Shown here piece by piece: positions 50,621-60,172 of a DNA stretch of 64,000 nt (the stretch's first letter is position 1; each line of letters starts with the position of its first letter). The notes under the pieces are model-generated. The model was given only the letters and a program-made list of their open reading frames with translations. It did no database searches and had not been told where the DNA came from. Both the position numbers and the translations under genes were made by a program. The DNA comes from an uncultured Pseudanabaenaceae cyanobacterium. GTDB taxonomy: Bacteria > Cyanobacteriota > Cyanobacteriia > PCC-9006 > JAAUQQ01. The DNA lies in NCBI GenBank assembly GCA_938017515.1, contig CALIJJ010000019.1:1415-65414 (forward strand). Reading direction: 5' to 3'.

Positions 50621-50665
50621 CTACACGATAGATATATGGGAGCTACACAATATATATGTGGGATA
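50621..50665. promoter_or_regulatory. tandem 22-nt direct repeat in the pilA upstream region
   Basis: gctacacgatagatatatggg followed by gctacacaatatatatgtggg, about 200 nt upstream of the pilA start on the minus strand. Confidence 0.35.
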
Positions 50666-50740
50666 CGTCGGAAGACATCTCGGGATATCTCAGAATCCGT
50701 AGCGCCGTCTGCACCCAGAAAACAATAAAACTCCCCTGGT

Positions 50741-50769
50741 CTCTGATAGACCAGGGGAGCTCTGCGATC
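50741..50769 (-). terminator. rho-independent terminator downstream of the 115 aa gene
   Basis: ctcccctggtct-ctgat-agaccaggggag. A T-rich tract follows on the minus strand. Confidence 0.6.
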
Positions 50770-50783
50770 CAGAATGCCTAATT

Positions 50784-51131
50784 TCAGGGGTCTGAATTCT
50801 TCGTATCTGAGTTTCGAGCTTCAGCTTGTTCTTCGGTTGGGTGCAGTAAAGCCTCCAAACGTTCTTTGGACCAAGAGTCAATGGGATAGGAGAAGGCAAC
50901 AATCTCTGATAACCGGATGAGCCAGACGGCGCGTTCGCAGAGGGCACTATCGTCCGTATCATCTACAAATAGACAGAGAATCTCGACGAATTCGGAGTCA
51001 AGGTGGACAGGGACGCCGTAAAAATTGCTGCTGGCGAGGCGGATGCGAACTTCAGTGCCTTGCTGCAATGCTTCCTGAAGTCGTTTCCGCAGTAGGTCCG
51101 AGATGCTAGCAGACTGTTTGGCCTGGGTCAT
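50784..51131 (-). CDS. hypothetical small protein with an Sm-fold-like segment
   Basis: 115 aa. The central segment EVRIRLASSNFYGVPVHLDSEFVEILCLFVDD has the alternating beta pattern of Sm/LSm domains. This is weak inference. Confidence 0.4.
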   Translation of the reverse strand: MTQAKQSASISDLLRKRLQEALQQGTEVRIRLASSNFYGVPVHLDSEFVEILCLFVDDTDDSALCERAVWLIRLSEIVAFSYPIDSWSKERLEALLHPTEEQAEARNSDTKNSDP

Positions 51132-51434
51132 GTGAAGCGTTCTCCTACGGCTTGCAGGTCAGGTTTAGAGCCGCGCTCCAGAACGAATGGTCATGGGAGC
51201 CCTATTTCAGTTTGATGCTTGTGAAATGTAACAACCCACTGATAGTGCTCGGTATTGGCAGCTCTATTCACCCATGTTAGCGATTGATGCTGGCATTGTG
51301 GTTTTCTACGGAGCTACGCAGAGCTCTATTTTGACGATAAAGCCAGGAAATCTCTGATTTCTGTCTTGGGATGGAGTGTTCAATTGATGCTACAGGATGT
51401 AGTATTTAAGGGTAGCTAGAGTTCCATTGGGAGC

Positions 51435-51800
51435 GTGACTGTTCTAATGATTGCCACTGCCAAGATTGCCGCTTCTAAAAAGACGCCCACCACAGAAATG
51501 CAGGTCACCAGTATTCGTCTGGAGACGGATTTGAAGGAGCGCTTGAAGGGGTTGTCGGGCAATCAGGGCTACCAGAGTTTGATTCGCGATATTCTCTGGG
51601 ACTATGTGGAGCGCAATGAGCGGGGGCAGTCGCATCAGTTAGCTGTGACAGACCTACGGGCAACAATCCCCGCGACGGCTCAGCGGGATGAGGTTTGTGC
51701 GATTACGGGGGAGGCGATCGCCCTCCACTCCCCAATGTTCCTTGGATTAACACTCTCGGGGCAATTTGTGCCGATTGGCGTTGACAGCGTTTCTAAGTAG
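51435..51800 (+). CDS. hypothetical protein, possibly an RHH-type DNA-binding protein
   Basis: 121 aa. TSIRLETDLKERLKGL resembles a ribbon-helix-helix N-terminal strand followed by a helix. Weak. Confidence 0.4.
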   Translation: MTVLMIATAKIAASKKTPTTEMQVTSIRLETDLKERLKGLSGNQGYQSLIRDILWDYVERNERGQSHQLAVTDLRATIPATAQRDEVCAITGEAIALHSPMFLGLTLSGQFVPIGVDSVSK

Positions 51801-51811
51801 GTGATGCTGTC

Positions 51812-52312
51812 ATGCTGAACTTCCAGCGATCGGTACTCATCAATGCCCCCATCAAAGCAGTCTGGGCTTTCCACGAACGTCCTGATATCCTCAAAATCCT
51901 AACGCCCCCCTGGCAGCCCGTTCAGGCCCTGCGTCGTGAAGCTGGTGTGGATGGGATGTTGGGTCTTGGGGCAGAGTCGGAGTTTCGGCTGTGGTTAGGA
52001 TTGGTGCCTGTGCCCTGGGTGGCGCGCCATGTCGCCTGTGACCCACCGTTTTTGTTCGCGGATATTCAGGAGCGTGGGCCCATGGAGCATTGGCTGCACC
52101 GCCATCGATTTGAATCTGTGAATTGTGCGAACCAGGTTCAAACGCGGCTGACTGACGATATTGAATATGCTTTGCCCGCTGGAACGCTCACGGAGCCACT
52201 GTTAGAGCAGTGGGTGACGTCAAGGCTGGATGATATGTTTGCCTATCGCCACCGGGTGACCAAGGTTGCCTGTGAGCGCTTGCCTGTGGGGGCTGAGGCG
52301 GTGATGCCTTAG
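51812..52312 (+). CDS. SRPBCC (START/Bet v1-like, polyketide cyclase/dehydrase) family protein
   Basis: 166 aa. N-terminus RSVLINAPIKAVWAFHERPD is typical of the SRPBCC ligand-binding domain family. Confidence 0.55.
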   Translation: MLNFQRSVLINAPIKAVWAFHERPDILKILTPPWQPVQALRREAGVDGMLGLGAESEFRLWLGLVPVPWVARHVACDPPFLFADIQERGPMEHWLHRHRFESVNCANQVQTRLTDDIEYALPAGTLTEPLLEQWVTSRLDDMFAYRHRVTKVACERLPVGAEAVMP

Positions 52313-52361
52313 TCGGTTCCTGTGGAAGCAATGCTTCTGGGAAATTATGCGCGTGGTTCAT

Positions 52362-52416
52362 CTTGAAATACCGCAGCTTGAAATACCGAATCTTGAAATA
52401 CCGCAGCTCGAAATAA
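52362..52416. repeat. about 3.5 tandem copies of a 15-nt unit (cttgaaataccgcag)
   Basis: cttgaaataccgcagcttgaaataccgaatcttgaaataccgcagctcgaaataa. Lies between the convergent SRPBCC gene and ilvD. Confidence 0.6.
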
Positions 52417-52447
52417 TGGGCTGAATCCTTGTGCGGGTTCAGCCCAT
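52416..52447 (-). terminator. strong hairpin, likely the ilvD terminator
   Basis: atgggctgaatcc-ttgtgc-gggttcagcccat, a 13 bp stem. Confidence 0.5.
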
Positions 52448-52558
52448 TGACTTTAGAGATACAGCAATTGCACGAACAACGTGTTCAATTGTCTTCCCTG
52501 ATTCGTCTTCCCTGAGTCGTCTTCCCAATGTTGGTCAAACGACTGTTGTCCGAATGCG

Positions 52559-54250
52559 TTAGCCCAGATTCATGTCGGTTACGGCACCCAGGCTGCTGGA
52601 AGACACCAGCTTGGCGTACTTGGCCAGTGTTCCACGCTTGTAGCGGGGCTCAGGTGCTTTCCAACTGGCGCGGCGTGTCTCCAGTTCCTCATCGGAAACA
52701 TTGAGCTGGAGCAAGCGCTGGGGGGCATCGATGGTGATGGAATCGCCTTCCTGGACCAGGCCAATGGTTCCACCGACCGCAGCTTCTGGAGCCACGTGGC
52801 CAACGACCATTCCGTAGGTGCCACCGGAGAAACGACCGTCGGTAATCAAGCCCACGGAATCACCTAAGCCTGCGCCAATAATGGCTGACGTTGGAGCCAG
52901 CATTTCTCGCATGCCGGGGCCACCCTTGGGACCTTCGTAGCGAATGACGATCACATCGCCTGCCTGAATCTTGCCGTCTAAGATTGCCTTGAGGCATTCC
53001 TCTTCTGCTTCGAAGACGCGAGCGGGGCCGGTGATCACCGGATTCTTGACGCCGGAAATTTTGGCAACCGCGCCTTCGCTGGCTAGGTTGCCCTTAAGGA
53101 TGGCGAGGTGACCCTGCTTGTACATGGGGTTATCCCAGGGACGAATCACATCCTGGTCACTGCGGGGCTCTTCAGAAATATCGGCCAGGTTCTCCGCCAC
53201 GGTTTTGCCGGTGATTGTCATGGCGTCACCGTGGAGCAGACCTTGCTTCAACAGCATTTTCATCACCTGGGGGATGCCGCCTGCTCGATGTAAGTCGGTG
53301 GCAACGTAGCGACCGCTGGGCTTGAGGTCGCAGATAACGGGGACGCGACCACGAATAATCTCAAAGTCGTCGATGGTGAGGGGCACGCCAATGGTGTTGG
53401 CGATCGCCAGCAAGTGCAGCACCGAATTGGTCGAGCCCCCCACGGCCATAATCACCGAAATCGCATTCTCAAAGGCTTCCCTTGTCAAAATTTGCTCGGG
53501 CAGGAGCTGGGCCTTGATGGCTTCCACCAGATACTTCGCCGACTCCACCGTGCTATCGGCTTTCTCTTCGTCCTCTGCTGCCATCGTCGAAGAGTAGGGC
53601 AGGCTCATGCCCATGGCCTCAAAGGCCGAAGACATGGTGTTGGCGGTGAACATGCCGCCGCAGGAGCCCGCACCGGGGCAGGCGTTCTTTTCGATGGCTG
53701 TCAGCGTCTCTTCGTCAATCTTGCCAGCGCTAAACTGACCTACCGCCTCAAAGGAGCTGACGACGGTGAGGTCTTCGCCGTTGTAATGACCGGGCTTGAT
53801 CGTGCCGCCGTAGACAAAGATGGAAGGGATGTTCATGCGGGCGATCGCAATCATCGCGCCGGGCATATTCTTGTCACAGCCACCAATGGCCAAGACTGCA
53901 TCTAAGCTTTGTCCCTGACACACCGTCTCAATCGAATCAGCAATCACATCCCGCGACACCAGGGAGAACTTCATGCCCTCCGTGCCCATGGAGATGCCAT
54001 CGCTAATGGTGATCGTGCCAAAAATTTGAGGCATGGCCCCGGCTTGGCGCAGGCCTACTTCGGCTTTTTCCGCCAGTTTGCCAATGCCCATGTTGCAGGG
54101 CGTAACCGTGCTGAAGCCGTTGGCGAGGCCGACGATGGGCTTACTAAAATCGTTATCGCCAAAGCCCACAGCCCTGAGCATGGCGCGGTTGGGCGATCGC
54201 TGTACGCCCCCTGTAATCGCTTGGCTTCTACGATTATTCTGGTCCGACAT
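52559..54250 (-). CDS. ilvD: dihydroxy-acid dehydratase
   Basis: 563 aa. IlvD/EDD blocks (PCNMGI, CDKNMPG, SGGTYG) and overall collinearity with IlvD. Confidence 0.9.
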   Translation of the reverse strand: MSDQNNRRSQAITGGVQRSPNRAMLRAVGFGDNDFSKPIVGLANGFSTVTPCNMGIGKLAEKAEVGLRQAGAMPQIFGTITISDGISMGTEGMKFSLVSRDVIADSIETVCQGQSLDAVLAIGGCDKNMPGAMIAIARMNIPSIFVYGGTIKPGHYNGEDLTVVSSFEAVGQFSAGKIDEETLTAIEKNACPGAGSCGGMFTANTMSSAFEAMGMSLPYSSTMAAEDEEKADSTVESAKYLVEAIKAQLLPEQILTREAFENAISVIMAVGGSTNSVLHLLAIANTIGVPLTIDDFEIIRGRVPVICDLKPSGRYVATDLHRAGGIPQVMKMLLKQGLLHGDAMTITGKTVAENLADISEEPRSDQDVIRPWDNPMYKQGHLAILKGNLASEGAVAKISGVKNPVITGPARVFEAEEECLKAILDGKIQAGDVIVIRYEGPKGGPGMREMLAPTSAIIGAGLGDSVGLITDGRFSGGTYGMVVGHVAPEAAVGGTIGLVQEGDSITIDAPQRLLQLNVSDEELETRRASWKAPEPRYKRGTLAKYAKLVSSSSLGAVTDMNLG

Positions 54251-54291
54251 CGGTCTCTTCCTAAGGTTTCAGTCCAACCCCAATTGTCCCA

Positions 54292-54672
54292 CTAGGATGA
54301 CGCTTGGTGATTTTGAGGTGGTTCTGAATTCGATGGATTGCCCAATGGTGGCGTGTCGTTGAGCTGCTGTCTGGCTTCGTCAATGGCCATGTTGAGCTGG
54401 GCAATCTTGTCTTCTAGGCTGTTGCGTGCCTCTTCAATGCGCTCTTCAGAGGAAAAGGGCGTTGTTGTGGACAGGTCGCGATTCTGGTTGGCTCGAATCC
54501 AGCGCCGACCTTTTCTGCCGTTGCCGTTCGTTGCTGTTTCTTTCTCTGGGTCCTTCCCCTGGCCCGAGCGGGAAACCAAAGTGGCACCCAGGACACCGCC
54601 AAGGATGCCGCCCAGAACAGCGCCCGTAATAAATCCACTCGCGAAATTGTCGCCGTTGCTCATTGCTTTCAC
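54292..54672 (-). CDS. hypothetical protein with an N-terminal glycine-zipper helix and a coiled-coil tail
   Basis: 126 aa. FASGFITGAVLGGILGGVLGATLV followed by a charged helical region. No family assigned. Confidence 0.4.
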   Translation of the reverse strand: MKAMSNGDNFASGFITGAVLGGILGGVLGATLVSRSGQGKDPEKETATNGNGRKGRRWIRANQNRDLSTTTPFSSEERIEEARNSLEDKIAQLNMAIDEARQQLNDTPPLGNPSNSEPPQNHQASS

Positions 54673-54762
54673 CCCTTGGGCAGTTCATCCCTTTGGCACA
54701 GCCTTTCCCAGTCTATTACGGGCCGTCTGACCCCCGCCTATTCTTCGCAGGCTATTTACGTT

Positions 54763-54813
54763 TCTTTGGGTCTAGGTTCTTTGGGCCTAGGTTTTTGGGG
54801 TCTAGGTTTTGTA
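54763..54813. repeat. tandem 13-nt repeat (tttgggtctaggtt), 3 copies
   Basis: tttgggtctaggttctttgggcctaggtttttggggtctaggtttt. Lies between upp and the 126 aa gene. Confidence 0.6.
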
Positions 54814-54866
54814 GACCTCGCATTGCATCCTCTTGGCGTACCCTGGCGCTAGCCTTCCGCTGTTCG

Positions 54867-55517
54867 CTAGGTGCCGAAGCTGCGATCGCCCGCATCTCCA
54901 AGCCCAGGAACGATATAGCCATTTTGGTTCAGCCCCTCATCGATCGTGGCAGTGTAGACCGTCAGCGCGGGGAACTGTTCACTTAGGCTTTGCAAGGCCG
55001 GTGCTGCTGCCACCACAGAGACAACGCGGGTGAGAGACAAATCAGCCCCTCGATTGACCAGCTCATTTAGGGCTGCGGTCAATGTGCCCCCCGTCGCTAG
55101 CATGGTGTCCAAAATCAAAATGTGTGCCTTGGGGTCAAGGCGATCGGGCAACTTATTTAGGTAAAACGAGGGTTGAAGGGTTTCTTCGTTGCGCACGATG
55201 CCCAGGTGATAAATCGAGGCCAGGGGCAGCATGGTTTGAGCGCCATCCAGCAGACCCAAGCCCGCCCGCAAAATCGGCACCATCACCATCGGAACGTTGG
55301 GGTCAATCAGTGTGGCCGGACATTCTGCCAGCGGTGTCTGGACCTGCGTTTCCAGGGTGGGCATCCACTCCCGAATGGCTTCGTAGGTTAGCCAGCGTCC
55401 CAGCTCGGTCATGGCCGTACGAAACAGCGCTGAGGGGGTCCCGACATCTCGCGAGACAGCCAACCAGTGGCGAATCAGAGGATGGGGGGGAACATAAACG
55501 CGCAGTTGCAAGGCCAT
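54867..55517 (-). CDS. upp: uracil phosphoribosyltransferase
   Basis: 216 aa. PRPP-binding block ILILDTMLATGGT and the C-terminal YIVPGLGDAGDR block. Confidence 0.85.
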   Translation of the reverse strand: MALQLRVYVPPHPLIRHWLAVSRDVGTPSALFRTAMTELGRWLTYEAIREWMPTLETQVQTPLAECPATLIDPNVPMVMVPILRAGLGLLDGAQTMLPLASIYHLGIVRNEETLQPSFYLNKLPDRLDPKAHILILDTMLATGGTLTAALNELVNRGADLSLTRVVSVVAAAPALQSLSEQFPALTVYTATIDEGLNQNGYIVPGLGDAGDRSFGT

Positions 55518-55761
55518 AGAAAAGGTGGAGTCTAGCCGTAATCATTCAAAATCCCAATTATCATATAGCGCTCCCTGAGAAACCGAGGCGATAATTTCTA
55601 GAGAGGTCATCAAAGGCGGAGGCAAAAAATAGAACACTCCAACGAGCAATGACAGGGATTGGCGTTCATGGGTATCCGTTCATCGGTATCCAAAGAACGC
55701 GCTAACCTAGGAGATCTAGTCCGAGACGGCTTTTTTTGGTGGGGAGGCCACATCTACGGAT

Positions 55762-55980
55762 ATGAATAGCGAACAATTAGGACGGTACATCCACGAAACC
55801 AATGGCATCAGCAAGCCTTGGCTACTGGTGCAGCTACGTCTCAAAAAGCTTCAGGAACAGCGTGATGAGATGACCCAGGAAGCTTACATGGCGGCCCTCG
55901 AAGATATTCATCAGGATTTGATGAGATTGGGCGAATGGTGGGTTGGTCAAGAGAAGGAGGTGTTTGGTGATGCAGGCTGA
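55762..55980 (+). CDS. small hypothetical protein (72 aa)
   Basis: Protein-like composition. Its 3' end overlaps the start region of the next gene, which suggests coupling. Confidence 0.35.
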   Translation: MNSEQLGRYIHETNGISKPWLLVQLRLKKLQEQRDEMTQEAYMAALEDIHQDLMRLGEWWVGQEKEVFGDAG

Positions 55981-56632
55981 CCGGGGAAATCAAGCGAAAA
56001 CGGTGAATGCCCCAAATATTGCGCCAGGTATTGAGCCAGATATCGCATCCAATCTCGCAAAACCCTCAGTCGGTGAGGACTTGACCACGCCAGTGGTCTT
56101 TCGTATCTCACCGCTCATTCGGTTTACGCTGTTGTCGCTCTATGTCGCTTTGACGTTGCCGTTGCCGTTGCTGGCGGCTTGGACGGAGGCCAGTGTTTCT
56201 CCGATTGTCTTGAGCATTGGGGTGGTTGTGGGGGCGATCGCTCTCTATGCTGCCCTCACTGAGCGCGTGATTGTCACCGAAACCCAGATTGAAGTGACGC
56301 ACCCTGCGTGGGCGAAATGGCTCTGGCGGCGGGGATGGTCCTTGGCTTGGGAAGACATCACCAGCTTGAAGCCCCGCTCTACGGGGCAAGGCGGCATTGT
56401 CTACTACTTCCTCAACCAGGCTGCGGACCGGGCATTTCTTTTGCCCGTGCGTATTGTTGGTTTTGCACGGTTAGTGGCCATTGTGGAAGCCAAGACTGGC
56501 ATCGATACGCGGGATGTGAAACCCCTGGCACAACCTTGGATGTATCTCATTCTGTTGACCTGCACGATGGGTCTGTTTGCCATTGATGCCTGGGTCATGG
56601 TGACGGGTCTGAGCGGAGCGTTTCCTGTCTAG
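55943..56632 (+). CDS. hypothetical integral membrane protein
   Basis: About 220 aa with four predicted hydrophobic helices. The start is probably at MQADRG. Its stop overlaps the start of the ABC-type ATPase. Confidence 0.5.
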   Translation: MVKRRRCLVMQADRGNQAKTVNAPNIAPGIEPDIASNLAKPSVGEDLTTPVVFRISPLIRFTLLSLYVALTLPLPLLAAWTEASVSPIVLSIGVVVGAIALYAALTERVIVTETQIEVTHPAWAKWLWRRGWSLAWEDITSLKPRSTGQGGIVYYFLNQAADRAFLLPVRIVGFARLVAIVEAKTGIDTRDVKPLAQPWMYLILLTCTMGLFAIDAWVMVTGLSGAFPV

Positions 56633-57555
56633 TGGAAGGTTCCGTGGATGACCGGAGGGAGAGTCAGGTGGATGCACGAGCTACGCAGGTGACTCAACTC
56701 CCCTACCTGAGCGTCGAGCAAGTGACGCTGCGGGTCGGGCGGGGGGATAGTGTTCTGCTGAGCCAGCTTTGCCTAACGCTCCATCCCGGTGAACGATGCG
56801 TGGTGGTGGGCCATTCGGGTAGCGGCAAAACGCTGTTGTTTCGCCTGCTCAATGGTTTACTCCCACCTTCCCAAGGTCGTATTGATTGGCAGGGGAAATC
56901 GATTGCTGAGATTCCTGGACCGGAGTTGCGGCGTCAGGTGGCTTGGGTGTCGCGATCGCCGCGACTCTTGGGCATGAACACTGTTAAGGACGCGATCGCC
57001 TATCCTCTGAAACTGCAATCCCTCTCAGATCATGAAATCCAGCAACGTCTCGATCAGGCTTTTCAGGCTTTGACATTGCCGCTTGACTGGCTATCCCAGT
57101 CAGCGTCGGCATTGAGCCTGCTAGAGCAATGGTGGGTTACCCTGGCTCGGGCCTGGGTGATGCAGCCAGGCTTGCTTCTGCTGGAGCGACCGGAGTTCTC
57201 AAACTCATCAGAGCCGCCGGTCAGCAGCGGGGGGGGAGATGATGGCGCGGGGGCTGCTTGGAGAGATGTCTGGGGGGAGGCTGCTCTTGATCGAGCGATC
57301 GCCACGTTCCAAGCCCAGGGAGGCTCCGTGATTGTGGCATGCCGCCACGATGAGCCACTGCTATGCCGTTCGGCCCATCAGACGTTTGTCCTGTCCCAAG
57401 GCCAGTTGCATCCTGTCACCGGAGCAGACCCATCCACAGCGATTGCAACGCTGCTGTCGAAGGAGCAGCCCAGCCATGCAGAGTGGGACGACGAAGATTG
57501 GGGGGATGATCTAGACGAAGCTCGCCCCAATTTGCAGCCATCGGATTTGCATTAA
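56632..57555 (+). CDS. ABC-type ATPase-like protein with degenerate catalytic motifs
   Basis: Walker A GHSGSGKT is intact. The signature-like LSLLEQWWVTLARA and the Walker-B-like LLLLERPEF lack the canonical D-E pair. Long acidic C-terminal extension. Confidence 0.55.
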   Translation: MEGSVDDRRESQVDARATQVTQLPYLSVEQVTLRVGRGDSVLLSQLCLTLHPGERCVVVGHSGSGKTLLFRLLNGLLPPSQGRIDWQGKSIAEIPGPELRRQVAWVSRSPRLLGMNTVKDAIAYPLKLQSLSDHEIQQRLDQAFQALTLPLDWLSQSASALSLLEQWWVTLARAWVMQPGLLLLERPEFSNSSEPPVSSGGGDDGAGAAWRDVWGEAALDRAIATFQAQGGSVIVACRHDEPLLCRSAHQTFVLSQGQLHPVTGADPSTAIATLLSKEQPSHAEWDDEDWGDDLDEARPNLQPSDLH

Positions 57556-58499
57556 TGAGACGGAAATTGAGTCATTGAGGGCACTGATGCGATGGCAGAA
57601 GTCCCTGTCGTTTGCCCGTTTGATGTTGTTTGCCCGTTTGATTCTGTAGAGGCGGGTACAGTATTGGGCGTTGGCAGAGGGGAAGAGGAAGCCTTCGGCG
57701 TCTCACCCCGCTCAACACCATCCAAATGGAAACGGTAACCGACATTGCGAACCGTTTGAATAAGGCTGGGCTGTCGAGGATCCACCTCGAGCTTCTTGCG
57801 CAGCGAAAGAACATGGGTATCGACGGTGCGAGGATTGTCGATGCCGTCGGGCCAAGCCCGTTGAAGAATATCGGCCCGTGAAAGCGCAATCCCACTCGCC
57901 TGAACCAAGACGTAGAGCAGACTAAATTCCTGGGGCGTCAGCTCAATCTGCTGGGCCAGGAGGCGGACACGTCGCTGTATGAGGTCAATTTCGAGATCGC
58001 CGTACTGAAGGGAGGCTGGGGGGCTTGTGGAGCGAGTTCTTCTCACCAATGCCTCGACCCGAGCCAAAAATTCCTGCATGCCGAAGGGTTTGGCCAGGTA
58101 GTCATCGGCACCAGCTCGCAGGCCCTCGACCACATCCGACTCCGCACTCTTGGCCGATAAAATCATCACTAGGGCTGAGCCGTTCTCACAGAGCCACTGA
58201 CAAAGCTCAAGGCTAGAACCATCCGACAGCTCCGAATCAAGGATGACAAGGCTGGGCGATCGCAACCGCATCTGTTCTATCGCCTGTCTTACGCCGGTAG
58301 CCTGGGCCACCCGGTACTCCTCCTGCTGCAGGTGCCAGCTAAGCAGAGAACGTAAGTGGGAATTGTCGGCGATAAGCTGTATTTGCAAGGAAGTCACAGA
58401 GATACGCTCACAGAAAATCCGTCCGTCTCGATTGAATCCTGATGCGAAGCCCTGGCGTGATGCCGCGACTTGTGCCAAATCGTAAAGCAACGTTAACAA
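57552..58499 (-). CDS. OmpR-family response regulator (receiver plus winged-helix) with a low-complexity C-terminal tail
   Basis: Receiver (LVILDSELSDGS, ADDYLAKPF), an OmpR-type winged helix (LTPQEFSLLYVL...VDTHVLSLRKKL...VRNVGYRF) and an SNGQTTSNGQTT tail. Confidence 0.65.
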   Translation of the reverse strand: MLTLLYDLAQVAASRQGFASGFNRDGRIFCERISVTSLQIQLIADNSHLRSLLSWHLQQEEYRVAQATGVRQAIEQMRLRSPSLVILDSELSDGSSLELCQWLCENGSALVMILSAKSAESDVVEGLRAGADDYLAKPFGMQEFLARVEALVRRTRSTSPPASLQYGDLEIDLIQRRVRLLAQQIELTPQEFSLLYVLVQASGIALSRADILQRAWPDGIDNPRTVDTHVLSLRKKLEVDPRQPSLIQTVRNVGYRFHLDGVERGETPKASSSPLPTPNTVPASTESNGQTTSNGQTTGTSAIASVPSMTQFPSH

Positions 58500-58793
58500 A
58501 CACTGGTTGGAAATGATTGTAGCTGCTGCTACTTGTCCTCATCTTCTTCGTGATTGTTAACACCTAGTTCGTGCCCATCGATACCGCCTCACGGCCTAAC
58601 TTGCGATCCAGCTCCTCCTCATCGTTATGGCTGATTCGGTATTCTGGTCAAGCAGGCTGAGCGATTCGCAGTACAATGATTGGGCAGCCCCTAGTGAAAA
58701 GCTTTACTACAGGCGCGACATCAAAACAGATTGATTTTTGTGTAGAGTCGCCCAGTTCCGGCCTTTGAAGAGTACAAAACTTAAGGTTTTGCC

Positions 58794-59054
58794 ATGCTAC
58801 AAAACACCGCTGTGATCCGCCACTACCAGAAATTGACCGATTCCATGGTCGAAATGTGGGAGAGAGGTTATCGTTCTGACGATTTACGTCTTTTCCTTGA
58901 TGGTTACCTCGCCGCTTTGAAAGTTGCGAACACCGTTGAAGCCTTTCAGATTCATCGGCTGGAAGAGGAAACCATGCGCTTCCTCTATGATCCTTCCAAC
59001 TTCGAGTCTCCACAGCCTCAGATGGAGCGTGAGTTGGATCGACGGTACCGTTGA
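58794..59054 (+). CDS. small hypothetical protein (86 aa)
   Basis: Clean ORF with protein-like composition. Confidence 0.4.
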   Translation: MLQNTAVIRHYQKLTDSMVEMWERGYRSDDLRLFLDGYLAALKVANTVEAFQIHRLEEETMRFLYDPSNFESPQPQMERELDRRYR

Positions 59055-59336
59055 TTTCCGAGCATCCTGAGTTTTTGGTGGGCTCGGGTCTGGGGCTCGG
59101 GTCTGATTGAATGAGTCCTGATTGATTGTCGTTTCAGTTAAGCTTTCATCGGTCTCGATAGGTAATAGATAACTGCCAGAATCCCCTTCAGAAAACCGTA
59201 GAAATACGTTTTTCTCCGTCGTTTCCAGAAAGAAACCTCCCAGTAGATTCACTGGGAGGTTTTTCGCTGTTGACTGATCCTTGTGGAAAATAACTAGAGC
59301 CAGACCACGAAGAGCAGGCTGCTAAGATTCAGATCA

Positions 59337-59660
59337 CTAAGACGCCAGGGCAACCTCGACTTTTTGCTGAAGCTCTCCGCTCTGGTAAAGCTCAATCATG
59401 ATGTCTGAACCGCCAATAAATTCGCCGCTGATGTACACCTGGGGAATGGTGGGCCAGCTGGAGTATTCCTTGATTCCCTGGCGAATGTCTTGGTTTTCCA
59501 GAACATCGACGGTTTCAAACGGAACGCCCAGGGAGTTGAGAATCTGAACAACATTATTGGAGAATCCGCATTGGGGCATGAGTTTGTTGCCCTTCATGAA
59601 GACCATGATTTTGTTGTCTTGGACGAGGCTATCGAGTTTGGCTTTGACTTCTGGTGGCAT
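59337..59660 (-). CDS. monothiol glutaredoxin (Grx4 family, CGFS type)
   Basis: 107 aa with the CGFS active site (PQCGFS) and the WPTIPQVYI block. Confidence 0.9.
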   Translation of the reverse strand: MPPEVKAKLDSLVQDNKIMVFMKGNKLMPQCGFSNNVVQILNSLGVPFETVDVLENQDIRQGIKEYSSWPTIPQVYISGEFIGGSDIMIELYQSGELQQKVEVALAS

Positions 59661-59770
59661 GGTGAATTCTCTGATGAAGCGATTTCTAATTGTACGGATT
59701 TCTGGATATCTCTAGTCGATATTCCAGGTGCTTGATTCCAGGTACTTGATTCCAGGCGCTAACTGCGATG

Positions 59771-60025
59771 CTAAGCGTTTGCAGTGGCCCAGGTCCCAGG
59801 GGTGTAAGTTTTGAGCGCCAGGGCGTGAATGGCCTCGCTGGCCATCGCGCTATTAACTGCACCGTAGACGAGCTGATGTTGCTGTACGAGAGATTTTCCC
59901 TCGAAGGCGGTGGAGATGACGGTTACCTGGAGATGGTCGCCGCCGCCGGTTAGGTCTTCCACCTGCACTTGGGCGTCGGGTAGTTTGGCTTGAATCATCG
60001 TTTCGACTTCTTCGGGCCTGACCAT
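59771..60025 (-). CDS. BolA family protein
   Basis: 84 aa. [12 protein letters not shown] and FEG...QQHQLVY are typical BolA blocks. Adjacent to the monothiol glutaredoxin. Confidence 0.8.
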   Translation of the reverse strand: MVRPEEVETMIQAKLPDAQVQVEDLTGGGDHLQVTVISTAFEGKSLVQQHQLVYGAVNSAMASEAIHALALKTYTPGTWATANA

Positions 60026-60172
60026 GGGTTAGGGGTCCGTCCTATGGACGGCAATGACGAACAAGTTTTTATTGTACGACGTAGGCTTTATCCCGACAGA
60101 GTTCAGGCTGGAACAGGGAAAGAGGAGGGATTGGTCTAATTCGTCTTCTAATTTATTTTCTTCTAACTTTAT

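Noticed and set aside
53108-54362. Several plus-strand ORFs opposite ilvD
   Set aside because: They are antisense to a highly conserved gene. Compositionally biased.
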